Of a stretch of DNA of 64,000 nt, positions 1-12,449 are shown one piece after another; positions within the stretch are counted from its first letter, which is position 1, and each line of letters starts with the position of its first letter. The notes under the pieces are model-generated. The model was given only the letters and a program-made list of their open reading frames with translations, ran no database searches and was not told the origin of the DNA. The DNA is taken from NCBI GenBank assembly GCA_030704615.1, contig CM060734.1, positions 3,658,001-3,722,000 on the forward strand. Reading direction: 5' to 3'. Origin of the DNA: Takakia lepidozioides. Its lineage: Eukaryota > Plantae > Bryophyta. The position numbers and the translations under genes were made by a program.

Positions 1-651
1 TGTGATTAAATTCTTGGGCACCCTCTTTTATCTCCATGCATGCACCTGGCTCAACCCAGCTTAATCTCCCACAAATTGGTCGTGTTTTTCTTCCTGTAGG
101 TGATAATAGAGTTGGTGATTGCCCGTGGAGGTTACATTGAAGATTGCTGAGTGTACAAGTGGCTGCCAATGACATTGATTGACATCACCGTCCCTCAATG
201 CCGATGTCTAGCTCCAGGTTTGTTGTCCTCTTTTCGATGTCTATCTCTACTCAGGTTTGGGAGTGTTTCCTATGGTCTGCCTGTTTTGTCTCCTTGAATT
301 GAATCTCAATGTCAACACTGTTGATCTCAATTTTGAGCTCCATGTCCGGCTGTTAACTTTCTGCTTTTTCTCCACCACTTCCTTATAGGGCAAATAGTTG
401 CCCGAATTTATTGAAGGTTGATGCGAAGCCTAGGACACTAGTTAAACTCACTAACCAGGTTTGCAGTACAAATGACGTTGCTGATTTTTTTCAAATATTA
501 GCGCTGGTTGGGCTCTAAGACTATTTGGTGACAATATTCTGCTGCTTGATTTGTCTTCATGTTCAGTGCATGTACTACTCCGACAGTGCTTAATGAGATA
601 ATAGGCTGGTACTAGAAAAAACTCGGTGATTTACGAATGAGTGTGGTGCAG

Positions 652-1143
652 TGGTCGACGCGGTTTCCTATTGAAGAGGAGGTCAAGGCAGTGGCAATTG
701 TTAATGGTTGGGCTGCAGCAGCTACTGGTCTTCATTTTCTTGGAGTTTACTCTGAAGCTGGCTTGTAGGTATGACATTTCCCATTCTAACAACTGAGCAA
801 TCCTGTCCATCTATGGCCTTTTTCATATTTTCACGGCTTTCAGTCTGCAAGGAGATTGGCTGCCTCACCTCAAAATTCCTGTTTTTGCAGCTACACGTTT
901 GCAATTCTGACTTGACCAGCAAGATAGGCCCCAGTAGATCCATAGCTTGCCTTAGCCCTTCCCCATGTGAATTTGCTTGAAAGTGGAAGTGGTGTCACGA
1001 AGTCTCATTGCTTAATAAACCTTGAATGGCCTTGCAGAGATTTGTTTTATCTTTGGCAGGTTCGATTGTAGTACTAGCAGGCCATGAGCAGCAATTGGCC
1101 GTAGTCACTCATGCCTCCAACCCCCTACCTTATGAGGTACCAG
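652..1143 (+). pseudogene. CTF4: Two-exon fragment of CTF4/AND-1 (WDHD1; SepB domain)
   Basis: Exon 652-768 (AG..GT) reads WSTRFPIEEEVKAVAIVNGWAAAATGLHFLGVYSEAGL*, with TAG where Q is expected. Exon 1038-1143 reads RFVLSLAGSIVVLAGHEQQLAVVTHASNPLP. Both match consecutive plant CTF4 SepB segments as I recall them; the rest of the gene is absent. Confidence 0.75.
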
Positions 1144-1329
1144 GTGCCTCATATTCCTCCCACTGAGTGAACTGGTTTCTTTTGGATCGTTCATTTTTCC
1201 AGTGGAGATCAGATTTTGTGGCAAGAATAGTTTAGTAATGTGATCAATTTTCAGACCATGGACCATGGGATTATTCGCTGATTTGTATTCATTTCTCAGT
1301 TTTGTTTGAACTTTTTTTGCACTTGCCAC

Positions 1330-2530
1330 AAGCTGATGTGGTGGAATATGTCCACCGGATGCTGGGAGAAGGGGTTTCATTCAAGAGGGTCACAGAATCT
1401 CTCAACATCTCCGATCCCAGGCAACTCAAAAGGATTTTGACAAAGGCCTTGGGGTACAAGTTCAAGGTCTTTGATCGCCTCACTGTTGCAGAGTTGGGGG
1501 AGAAAATCGATGCCCTCCTTCCGATTAGGGAACATGGAGCCAACTGGGGGATAAGGCATGTCAAAGCTGCACTCTCTCGGCTCGATGTCAGGGCCCCTCG
1601 GAGGAATGTCGCAAGAGCATTGCAGATTTTGTCAAGTATGAGTCCCTTCCATGACATTCTTCCCTCACTACAGTAACTACAAAGACTGTAGCAACCGTGT
1701 GCAGAAACTCCTTGTAGACCAGTGCAAAATAAACCCTTTTCTAAACCTTTTTTTTGATTCCTCAGGGGCTCAATATGAAAGGAGACGTCGAGGGCTGCCT
1801 CTGACCCGGCGCCAATACAATGTCACAGTGCCTATGGCATTGTGGCATATTGATTGTACGTTACATTTTCTAATCGTGCTTTGCTTCATAATTTACTTCT
1901 TCTCATGCTTGGTTCATCATTTGAGTCTCACACAAGTTTGCCCATCATCTTTAATTGCAGCATATGACAAGCTCACCATGTACGGGTTGCATCGACGGTG
2001 CTTGGCATTATGTGTTATACGCGAAGGTAGCTGGAGATAAAACCCAGGAAACAATATTTGAGCCCTTCAAAGCTGCTGTGGACAAGTTTGGAACTCCTCT
2101 GAGAGTGCGTTCAGACTTTGCAGTTGAGCATGCTTTGATTCGCAAGCATATGGAGGAGAAACGAGTAGATGTGAATAATCCCTACAAAATAGACAAACAC
2201 TTATTGAAGACTCCAGTCGCTACATCTTAGTGTTGTTAGTAAGGTAGTAAGCAAAATTGTTGGAGCTTCTGTTCACAATCAGGTACTATATCTGCAATGT
2301 GCTTCTTCTCTAGTTGTTAAGCTTTGCCCTTCCGGGAGCACATGTTGCTCTGCATACTGCACTATGACGATGAGGATCGAGCATTGGTGGAGGTTATTTG
2401 GGAAAAAGTAATGTGAAAAAAGTAATAAGCACAGTTTCCAGGAGCTTGCACCAACCCAATGATCCTTATCAAATGGCATCGTTTGTTCCTGTCTATACGA
2501 ATGTGTTGCAACCAATTGTCTGAACAGGGA
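1330..2530 (+). mobile_element. Decayed, intron-containing IS3EU-like (HTH + rve/DDE) transposase
   Basis: Helical N-terminus (…NWGIRHVKAALSRLDVRAPRRNVARALQ), then RRQYNVTVPMALWHID / YDKL / IDGAWHYVLY / FGTPLRVRSD / GASVHNQ-intron-RIEHWWR. These follow the WHIDGxHKL…RxD…SVHNQRIERxWR pattern of this integrase family. Contains frameshifts. Confidence 0.75.
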
Positions 2531-3272
2531 TGTCCTTTCACCATTAGCCAACTCTATATATCACCTTTCTCTTTCTTTCATATGATTGTAGACGGGCATT
2601 TGTGATAGAAAGTGGGCAGATGTTTTGGGGGCAATTGGCAGCCTTTTGGTGCGAGAAAAACTTTTGAGTTTGCTGCTGGAGATTTGCAGAATACAATAAG
2701 TTCTAGTGTGGACATCTCATTGACCTACCTGGAGCTAATGAAATTTTGGACAGCTTAACTGATTCAACTCTTCTCTGCTTGAGTTTATGAGGATCTAACC
2801 TGCATTGTCTCTCTGTAGAAACTAACTCTCATAGGCCATGACTATTCCTGATTTTTATCCATGCAAAGGAGGTACTAGAGGGAGTCATGTACCATGAGCT
2901 CGGGCATTAATTTTCTGCTACAATCAAATCAAGCATGGGTTTATGGCCACAAGGCCCCTCAGCAAGCTATAACTTAATGTGAGTATATTTCTCATACCGA
3001 GGCTCTGCAGATATGATGGTGAGGCTTTACAGAATTAGCGTAAAGCATAGCATTGCTTCCATGGAGCTCTCCTTCCCTGCATTAATTGCAATCAACTGAC
3101 AAGGTCAAATGTCAACATCCCCAATGGATGATTCCTCCCACTTGTATCCCTCAGCACCAGACTGAAATTCAAAACTCACTCAATCTTTCAGCCACCACAT
3201 ATCTTCCACAACACAACCGAGGATCCTTCATTAAAAACATTCTGGTCTGCCTTTGATGCATTTCTAGTTGAG

Positions 3273-5076
3273 GTGAGTGAAAACAGTAAAGATCCCACAC
3301 TCCAAAAAGTTTGCGACGACCTTTCCCTGCGTCAACACTTGTGGCGAGGGATTATAACATCAGAAGCCCATCTCGCAAGGATGGTGCTTCACCCGTCATT
3401 CTCGATGTATACGCAAGCTGATATAAAAAAGGAGTTTGAGCTAAAAGCGAGAAGGTTTTGGAGGGAGCGGGACTCATTCAACAAAGAAGTTGAAAATTCC
3501 CAACAAGATCAGCTACAAGATGAGGCAAAGACTCTATCAGAATTGTATGGAGGGGCCATACGTAAGGCTGACAATCCACCATTGATGGCTGATTTGGAGA
3601 GGATTTTGACCATCCCAAAACTCTCTAAGTTTACTGTTCAACAGTTGCTACAGATGTCTGTTGATGATATTGGCATGCATGAAGAAATATCCTTGCTGAC
3701 CAAAAGACGAGTTGGATGCTGCCCTTTTAAAGTACCAACGCACATACCTTTCTTTAGAAATATTCAAGACCATCAATAACTTGCAACGACAGATTCCTTC
3801 TACAAAGGTTAAGGTAAAGCCACCACCCATTCTGAATTTTACAATGCTTGGCCAACACACTGACTGTCAGTATGTTCCTTTCAGAGATTTCAAACTAGAA
3901 TTTGCTTTCAGTAATTGGACTTAGGGCAGCAAGTCGTGCGACTGAAAGTGAGAGATGCTAGTGTTGTCCTTGTCTTTCTAAATCTAATTTGCTTTCAAGG
4001 CAGGTTGACCAAGGGCGGGAACTACCGGCATTTTCCCAGCTTTGGGATGAAATGCTCAATATAGAACAGTACTTCTACAAGCCAGTTGTAGACTCCTGTC
4101 ACACATCAGGATTTGCAGAAACCATGGCAATTGATGTAGATGGCATTCGCAACTGCTGGTTGAAATAGTTTTGGTCGTCAAGTTTTACCTACAACCTTAT
4201 CTTTGAGTACACAGATAATATGAACGGAAACATTTTGCATCCTAAAGATGATGAAGCCATTGTCCGCCCCGATATGCAGCTAGCTTGCGCCCGTATGTTA
4301 GGGCATCTCATTTACATGCTGGCATCCCTCGGTGTGGAAGTCATCCAGCACTTCTCATTTGCAACTCTCTTGATCATGTTTGATCAAGTACCATCGTCAG
4401 AGGATTTATCAGAAGGGGTATGCCCAGAAACACGACTGGCCTTGGAAAGAGATTTCCGTCTAGGGTGACCTTCCAAATGGTCAGTGCTAGCTGCACTCAA
4501 GACCAGCTACACCTCTGCCTGTGAACTCGTCCAACATTTGGCTGCTAACGAGATCTCCCAAGAGCTGGGATGGTCATTCCGAACTTTTGTATTGGAGGAG
4601 AGCACATGGTCTTGCCAAGTTCAAAACAAGATAGGCAAGATCATACACACTCACCTCTTTAGTGGCAGGTTAGAGGTGGGGAAGGCGATGCGTGAACGAT
4701 TCTACTTGGCTGTTGAGACAGGAGCACCCACTTCTTTGGAGGCGAGGCTAGTGATGAGCTTTTTGCTATGGAAGCAACTGACTTCCTAAAACAATGCCAC
4801 TTCCAAGGAATTGAGTCACAACAGGAAAACTACTTCAAAGCGTGTGTTCATCGAATGTCCTATGCAGAACGTTCTCGACTGGCCATATTCATTACCGGAC
4901 TGGAATACTTTGGAGGCAAGCGAGTAAGTGTGGAGCTCCTAAACCGCAACGATGAGCCTCTTATTCAATCTTCAACCTGCTTCTCTATTTTGTATCTCCC
5001 TCCCTATCATGACGAGGATGCCATGTACACTAAACTGTGTTTGGCAATTTTAGACAGGTCGTCTGGCCTTATGTAG
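3273..5076 (+). pseudogene. HECT-domain E3 ubiquitin ligase, disrupted, downstream of the transposase
   Basis: N-lobe: ETMAIDVDGIRNCWL…LIFE and ARMLGHLIYML…SEDLSEGVCPE. C-lobe: ERSRLAIFITG…IQSSTCFSILYLPPY…KLCLAI…SGLM*, with the catalytic Cys in STCF. Internal stops and frameshifts; intron at about 3808-4002. Confidence 0.8.
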
Positions 5077-5503
5077 ACTTAGAACTACTCAGGGCTAGGC
5101 TTGCTGCCCACAACACTTGGAACAGGATTGACGTTTTCACTAAGGCTTTTACTCAGAGGTACAAATAGCACTAAAACAGTAGATTTGAATGGCTTGGTTA
5201 CACAAACCTGACAGAGATCTTTAGTATCAATATTGTTGAAGTAGGGGTCACCAACGGTGTCAACTTCATCCTTTAACTTCTCCTGTGTAGCGGTGGACAT
5301 ATGAATGTAATGCCTGCAATCCCAGCCAATTTATCAGCACCCGCAAGCATGGTTGACTGCTCCTCCACATTTTAACTTCTGGAGCTCTACACTTCTTTGT
5401 ATGTCATTCATCCTGTATGTCACCACTTCAATGTTTGACTATTCAAATGTGGGGATCGTGATATCAACAACATCACAAAGGCTGAGCTATGGCTGAAACA
5501 CAC

Positions 5504-6948
5504 CTGATCTTCAACCATGGACCCTGAGAAAGACCCAATAGCCCAGCAAAGTGTATTCAGATTATTCCACGCCCACTCCTCACCATTCAGCTGTTTGTTT
5601 AACTTTTTCAACATCTATCACATGATCAAGGTGTGGAGCAATGCATTAGACCTGTAACTGGTGTGCAAAAGGATGGGAAGCCATCTACCAGTTTAACTAG
5701 CTTATGTATTTTTTTTTAAAATTGGTCTATAAATGAGAGAATCAGAAAAATAAATGGCTACAGTCAATCAAAGTGAATGGGGCTATTTAACTCTAAAGAC
5801 TGAAGGGGGAGGGGACAGGGAGGCCAGCATCCTCTCCATTCCATCCATTTCATGGGCGGACAGCCCTGCCAGGGGATCGGATGGTGGGCTTGGTGATGCC
5901 ATGTTCACACACCACCCCAAGTCAACATCCGTAGCAAAGGCACAACCCGGGCAAGGTATTGTGGAGGTCGGTGCAAGCCATCCATCATGAACATGCTGAT
6001 GTAACACTTGCACAAGGCAGAAACAAAGGTTGCTTTACCTGGAGGCCCAGAGGAGTAGAGCCGGAGACTCCATGTTGCATTCAGATTGGAAGAGATCACA
6101 CACCAGAGAATTCCAGTACTCCAGGCAAACCTACATATCACACAATATCATTACAGTTATGAATTATAGTGACATTACTACAAAGCTCCTTATGACCTTT
6201 TAATTTCAAAACCATGACGTGAGACGGTGTGGTAATCACTTTTCGCAATCAAATGTACATACTCAAATTACGTTGCCTGAAAGAATCCACAAGGCAATTA
6301 TTAATGGTGCCACACAACCCAGGAAGTACACATAAAATAAGAGTTCCGAGTTGAAATCAGGTACTCAAGTCCCATTAACAGAACTGCCTGGTTGTCTTGA
6401 GTTGTCTCCAAGACACCTATGTGTGACCGCCATCCCAAACAGGGTCAAGCAGAGGGTGACTCCCATCCCCCTCCAACCCCTCTAAAACATTATGGAGAGA
6501 ACGGAGTAAAACATGAAAAGCCAAAGTCACAATTGGAAAGAGGTAACAAAATGACAGAGAGAAGACGGGGGCAGAACAGGACAGCCTGAATAAAAAAGGG
6601 AGCGTGCGCTGTCAGTCCAGAGAGACCAGCCTCAACAAATCCATCCTCACTCTCAAGACAACCAGGAGCAACCTGGATGATGCGGCACCTTACCTTAAAG
6701 AAAGAGGTGAAGAACAACACCAGATTTTGAATGAAAGCCTGCAAAGAAACAGCAGGTGAGAATCCATCTTCCAGTCATGATCAGAAGTTTCCCACAAACA
6801 GCTATGGTGGCATGAACTGCTGGCAGATCTGTGTCACATGCTAAGAATGTCAGACACAGAAAAGGTTGCTCAAAAGGCAATGTACCTGATCCTCATCTGA
6901 GCCACTTCCATATGCATCTGGGACATGGGTGCCAGGTGGAAAAATTAT
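5504..6948 (-). pseudogene. XPO1: Exportin-1 internal fragment (5 exons with introns)
   Basis: Exons 6948-6886 IIFPPGTHVPDAYGSGSDEDQ; 6738-6694 AFIQNLVLFFTSFFK; ~6426-6352 SHIGVLETTQDNQAVLLMGLEYLIS (truncated, acceptor mutated); 6130-6039 VCLEYWNSLVCDLF; 5614-5504 [37 protein letters not shown]. Collinear with plant XPO1, but intervening exons and both ends are missing. Confidence 0.92.
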
Positions 6949-8184
6949 CTGCACAGTCATTTCGGAGATACCACTCTTAGCTATGAAGACGCATCCATAC
7001 CAGCACAAGACTAGACATTTGCAACCAGCGACTATTGCAAATCCCATCATATAAACCAGGCAGCTTTGAATGGTATAGCACAAGACAATAGAGAGAAAGG
7101 AGAGATCCCTCTCTCTCCCTCTCTCTCCCTTGGGCTTCCTGTAAACACAGTGAATGTCTTTTTCTCCTTCTCTCCTCTCTCTCCCTGCTTACTCTCTTAG
7201 TTCCCTAGGACATTGGGCCCCCCTGGGCATGTTAAAGTTTCTCTTTCTCTTGCATCTCTCCCGTTGGCATCAGTGGACATGTTTCACTGTCTTAAGGGCC
7301 CTCTCAGCCTCCATGCTTCTCACCTCATAAGCCTAACATGTCAATTGAATAAATTTCAAACACAAAGGGAAGGGTAGGTGTCCATGCCAGTGAATTGTAC
7401 ACACTCAGACAGCCCATTTCGCTGAAGCCAAGCCATGCCAGGGTAGCCCCAGGGCTTAATGGGAGCCGGCCAGCTAAGGTTCGCCTCTCACATCCAGCAC
7501 CATAAATTCCAGAACCTAGTCTCACAGATTCCAAAATCCAATCAGTAAATGATGACACATCAAGCTCCCGCTTGACGAGCCATGATTTAAAATTTGCTGA
7601 AAAAATAGAGGCTCAAGTTGACACTGTAGTCCTCAAGGCAGGCATTCTAAGGGACCTTTACCTTCGACTCTACGACACATCTTCCATTCAGCAACAATCA
7701 CAAGGAACACAGATCGAAAGAGTAAATATCACCGATCAAATTGTAGCTTACTTTTCCTAAGTGCTACTCATAGAGCCCATGGAGCAGGAAACCGAATGCC
7801 TGTAGTGCTGGACTCACCTCTGCATCAGCAGCACACAATAGGGGTCAATAGATCACAGACATAGAAAACCCAGCCACATGAGTTTCTCAGTAACTGGTTG
7901 ATTCTGGAACAGCTTTTCAAGTTCAGATATGTATTTTGTGCTGATTACCTGTCTGGAAGCAAATCTTCGTAAGCCTGCATAACTAGGGGAGACCTACCTA
8001 CTACAATAACCGACTCTGGTAAATGCAGGAATTGCAGCAGCCCTCATGACCAATACAAGTGAAGTTCATGTGCGCTTGAGCTTATCCCAGTGAGTTCTGT
8101 GAGGACCTGCCTGCTTGTCATGCAAGTAGCCCTAGGTTGATGGAGTGTGCCAGCGTTGGGACCTTGATGCCATTGCTAAGGATA

Positions 8185-9606
8185 TCAACTACTTGTTTCC
8201 ATGAGCTTGTAACGTTTCTCTTGTACACCGGTCACTCCCATGTGGATTTCGATAATAGTGTGCAACGGCACCTACATGGAATTTAAATGCAGATAACTCC
8301 CATTGCTTGTAATCACATGCATAGAACAATAGGGAAGCTAATGATCAAATTTCCTTTCCTCTCTCAGCAAGTATCTACCACTTTTCATCGTAATTTGTGC
8401 CATCAGAAAGGGCTACACAGACAACCTCATTCCACATGCGAGCCCTCATTCTGCTCTCTTCTCAATCTTTTCCCCTCTCTGTCCTCTAGCCCAGGCATGA
8501 CATCTATGGCCCCAAGGCTACAACAAACAGTCTTAAGGAGATAATTATCTTTTTAGAAAGGGTGAAGGAGATGAGAGGAACCTCAATATGTGGAACTTTC
8601 TTCAGAGGTTTGTCCATGAAATATGCATACAACGAACGCAATCACCACCACGTGTGAGCAATCACCACCACAGGTGATCGTTGACGTTCAAGCTCAATTA
8701 TAACAGGCCTAACCTGCAACCACTCTCTTGCAACACACATGTCAGGGAGATGCCGAGACCCGACTCATCAGCTAGAACAAATTGTTTGATAATCTGATAC
8801 AAACAGGATAAATGGACAGAAATAGACCTTTGAATAACATCCAAGTAGGATTCGCCGCGTGGGTAACGATATCTTAGCTTATCCACCTTCTGAGCCCTGT
8901 GTGACAAGACTAATATAAGTCAGACATCATGAAGAGAAGGCCCTCAAATTTCAATCCCCCCTTAGGTTTTTATTGTATGGGAGATCACCAGAAAATTGAT
9001 GCGTTGTGCCTGGTTCACCAATCATTCTGAAATGAAGGACTACACATCAGTGGCCTAAACACTTCATTGACACGATCCTTCTCCTCAGATCTCCTTTTCC
9101 ACTATACAGGTATAGGAACAAGGTGGAATCCTCAAGTCTTGCGGAAGAGCTGGTTGGCTCCTACATACACAACTGAGACCTGAGTGCATGGAATCCAATC
9201 AGGCTGTTTTTATGTATTAAGCATCACACATGTTGCCTAAAATTGCCACTCCCAGCAGCTTCACTCACTCCAAGAAGTTACTCTGGAGGACATAAAGCAT
9301 GGTTGTGGAACACAATGACCAGCATTTGAAAATCATAATGGAAACCCTGGTTGGCTATTGTAGTACTTTAAGGAAGGTAACACCTCAGATTCTCGTTCAG
9401 ACATGGGCTCAAGAAAAGCCAGTAAACATAATAGAGTTGTCAAATGACAGGACAAAGTAATTCCCCATTGCAGAAAGCAGAAAGTAATGGTTGCGCACAG
9501 TGAGGGTTGACATACTCATATTCTTCAGGCATGGACTCTTTTATCTCCTCATACGTCATTCCATCACAGACGCCAGCATTATTTCATCTAACGCCCGCCA
9601 TTGCAC
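8185..9606 (-). pseudogene. F2KP: 3' fragment of 6-phosphofructo-2-kinase/fructose-2,6-bisphosphatase (phosphatase domain, 4 exons)
   Basis: Exons 9606-9516 VQWRALDEI(fs)NAGVCDGMTYEEIKESMPEEYE; 8896-8828 AQKVDKLRYRYPRGESYLDVIQR; 8713-8582 L(fs)PVIIELERQRSPVVVIAH…LRSLYAYFMDKPLKKVPHIE; 8271-8185 VPLHTIIEIHMGVTGVQEKRYKLMETSS*. Frameshifted, and the kinase half is absent. Confidence 0.92.
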
Positions 9607-10299
9607 CTACATCACACCCTCAATCAGAAGACTGTTGAGCTAATGTACTTTTACAAGTGACCCCGTGGTTTGGTCCCCTCTGAAGGTTAATTTCTTCACA
9701 ATCGAGAGCTCACAGGCCGCTGGCTCGAGTTGACGAGCCCACCAACAAAAATTAGCTTCATCGAGGGGGAACTGTGATTCTACTAGCGTACCAGATAGAT
9801 AGCTCAAAGCGTACTTGCGTGGTGCAGAGGATTTGGGCATTGTGATTATGGGGAAGTCTCCAACCGTGGACTTAGCAACAAGTGGATTGAGGGAGGTCCA
9901 TGCCACACCTCACTATTGTTGGTCCAGCTGTTACAAGGATCTTGAGATGAGCGAAGTTCCCCGCTTCTCCTGAAACTCGCAGCTTGGAAGAAGAGAGCAG
10001 CCGGGCCGTGGGGGAAGACGATCGCCCAAACCTGTCTGCTAACCCTAATGTGCTAACCGAGCCAAATCCGAGCCACAGCGTATGTACATGTGAGAATGTA
10101 TTGATACGTGCAGGATATACGGTTGCTAACGCGGGGTTCAAGATTCCTTGCGCAGGAAGATTCCTTACGTGGGGTTTTGGATTCCTTGCACAAGGAAGAT
10201 TCCTGGCGTGGGATAAAGATGCCATAGCCACCCAGGAGTGTAAGCATAAAAGAGGCAATTTTGAAGTCTGGCCAACGGGCATGGGGTAAGTGGAAAGCA

Positions 10300-10430
10300 T
10301 GGCCTTTTTGGGTATTCCATAGCCAGCACCTGCCAAGAACCTGCAGCGCCAGCTTTTACCTCCCAAGTCCCGGCGACACACCCTGCCCCGCGGGTGTCCC
10401 GGGCTCAAATCCACGCAGCCCGCACACTTC
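10300..10430 (-). pseudogene. Possible WRC zinc-finger fragment
   Basis: GRVCRRDLGGKSWRCRFLA resembles the WRC pattern CxRxDGKxWRC; the distal C/H ligands are missing. Confidence 0.3.
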
Positions 10431-10556
10431 GCTCTATTAAAAGACCCCTCCAGCTTGCTGCCTCGATACCAGGAGCTTGGAGTGCCTCTTCACTCTCTGC
10501 TCGATGATACCCCATTTCTCATCCACCTTTAGTTCTCCGTATGATCTGGCCACGTT

Positions 10557-12207
10557 GTTTTTTTTTTTTTTTTTTTTTTCAAGAAGGGGGAGGTAGCCCT
10601 TGGAAACTTTATTGATGATTATTCAAGGGAAACAAATTAAAACCCTTACATGAAACTAGAACCTTAATGCAAGAAACTAGACCCTTAATGCGCAGACCAA
10701 GACATTGGTCTACCAAGAAGAATGAGATACTATGACTCATAAGCATAAAAGCTGCGATGCAATTGGTGTCCTCAGGTAAAGTACTACTCACTTAACCCCT
10801 AAAGGACGAGAGGTATTTTTGGGTATTTGGACAATTCCGGGACCCACCCTCACACGTCAGCGGCTACCTGCCCACCAACGTTCATCCACGTGGATGAACC
10901 GTACAAACTGCTTCCTACCTACAAGATGCACAAGCCCCCCAAATTTAGGGAGATTCCACTCTGTAGTTTGGGAGATTATAACATTTGAAGACGGTGCATT
11001 TTTTTGAAAATGGAAAAAACAAAGCAAAAGTTCATGTTTGACCAAGCAAATTATCCATGATCCCAAATTTTCCTGGGAGAAAAAGTGCTATTTTCCTGTG
11101 AAGTGCACAATCCCAAACCCTCACACCAAATTTCATCCCAATCTGCCAAAATGAAAGGGGGGGTGCTTTGTATGTGATTGGAATGGGGTTCAAAAAGAAA
11201 ATTTGCAAAGGAAATGGTATAGGCCCCATTGGGACCCCAAATTCTCCTTCATTTGGGAATTCCAAAGGTCAGTCCCTCATAGGCCAAGAACTACACAAGC
11301 CTGCCCAAGAATTTCCCGAAAATTCCCTAAATTGCATTAGGGATGTGGGATTTGGTGAAATTTCCGGCCTCCTCCAGGTCAGGCAATCGGTGGCCGGAAT
11401 TTCGCCTGAATCCGTCGACGTTTTCCGGGCCACGTCGAGGTTTCCCATTATTTGCCAGGGCCAGCTCATTCGAGCCGTCCCCGTGTTCATCGGCGTTTGG
11501 GGAGGGCCTCACAAGCAGCCGACTCCAACCCCTGCATTGCCCCCCGCCGCAAAATCCCACCCGTGTGGCCGCTGCCACGTCGACGGTCAACTGCCGTCCC
11601 CCCCCCCCCCTCCACCCAAAATCCTGCAATTTCCAAACTTCAAAAAATTCCTGACGACGGAGTTTTTCTCTGTTGGGGGCGCCATAAAGACCTGCATGTG
11701 CAGGTCGTTCCGCGCTACATTTTTCGTTCAAGCCACTTGTTCATCAGACTTCATCCGTGCATGCTACGGATGGATGAAAAATCGGGCCGACCCGATTCGG
11801 GTCGACTCGTCGTTTAGGGGTTAAATGAAGACATCGAGATCTGCCTGCTGAATGAAAGCCATGGAGACACTTTATCTATGAAAGTCCAGACGAGCCCTAG
11901 ATGCTCTGACATGCTTCCAACTGATATCGGATTTATCAAATTCGGGGGATGCCGAAGAGGAAGGCCCAATGGTGCTGGTATGCCAGAAGGCCAGTTGTAT
12001 GAGCCTGCGTCAGTGCTGCTGCAAATGAGTCCGTCTCGTCCCCAGGTCGCCTGAAAAGCTGCGAAGAGTTCAAAGTGACGTTGAGGCATCCTGGCGATAT
12101 CTGCAGAGAATTTGGCCCATGCATGTTTGGCAGCCACTATTAGATCAAAGAAGACCTGAGTAAGGATTGCAGTAGCAGAGGTACTAGATGAATCCAAAGT
12201 CCACTTA
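10557..12207 (-). mobile_element. 5'-truncated LINE (L1-like) 3' end with poly(A), interrupted by the piggyBac-like element
   Basis: A T-run of about 23 nt at 10557-10579 is a minus-strand poly(A), preceded on the minus strand by AATAAA (~10608-10613). ORF 11814-12197 (…AWAKF…FQATWGRDGLIC…) resembles an L1 ORF2 C-terminus. Confidence 0.55.
10796..11820. mobile_element. Non-autonomous piggyBac-like TIR element (1025 bp)
   Basis: TTAA at 10792-10795 and 11821-11824. Terminal inverted repeats CCCCTAAAGGACGAG / CTCGTCGTTTAGGGG match at 14/15. No credible transposase ORF. Confidence 0.8.
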
Positions 12208-12275
12208 CACCGGGGGTTGCTATTTCATGAGCGGCACGAGCATGAGCGCAAAAAAAAAAAAACATGAGCGGACCA
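12208..12275. mobile_element. DNA transposon terminus with CATGAGC subterminal repeats
   Basis: CACCGGGGGTTGCTATTTCATGAGCGGCACGAGCATGAGCG… abruptly truncates the LINE and is homologous to the terminus at 16618. Confidence 0.5.
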
Positions 12276-12449
12276 GGGTGTGTCCAAGGAAATAGGGGTA
12301 GGAGGCTCGGAAATAGGGTCATATGAAGTTGATGCGAGATACCACGGAGGGTTCAGACAGCAATGAATGTGGCACCAATGGAATCCTCACAGCAATGAAA
12401 TGCGGCACTTTATTGCAAATTTCGTGACAAGCCACATGTATACAAGTTG

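Noticed and set aside
5504-9606. Functional XPO1 and F2KP genes
   Set aside because: Most exons are missing, and there are frameshifts and a mutated splice acceptor.
11168-11824. Transposase ORF within the piggyBac-like element
   Set aside because: These are overlapping GC-rich ORFs with no DDD motifs; likely spurious.
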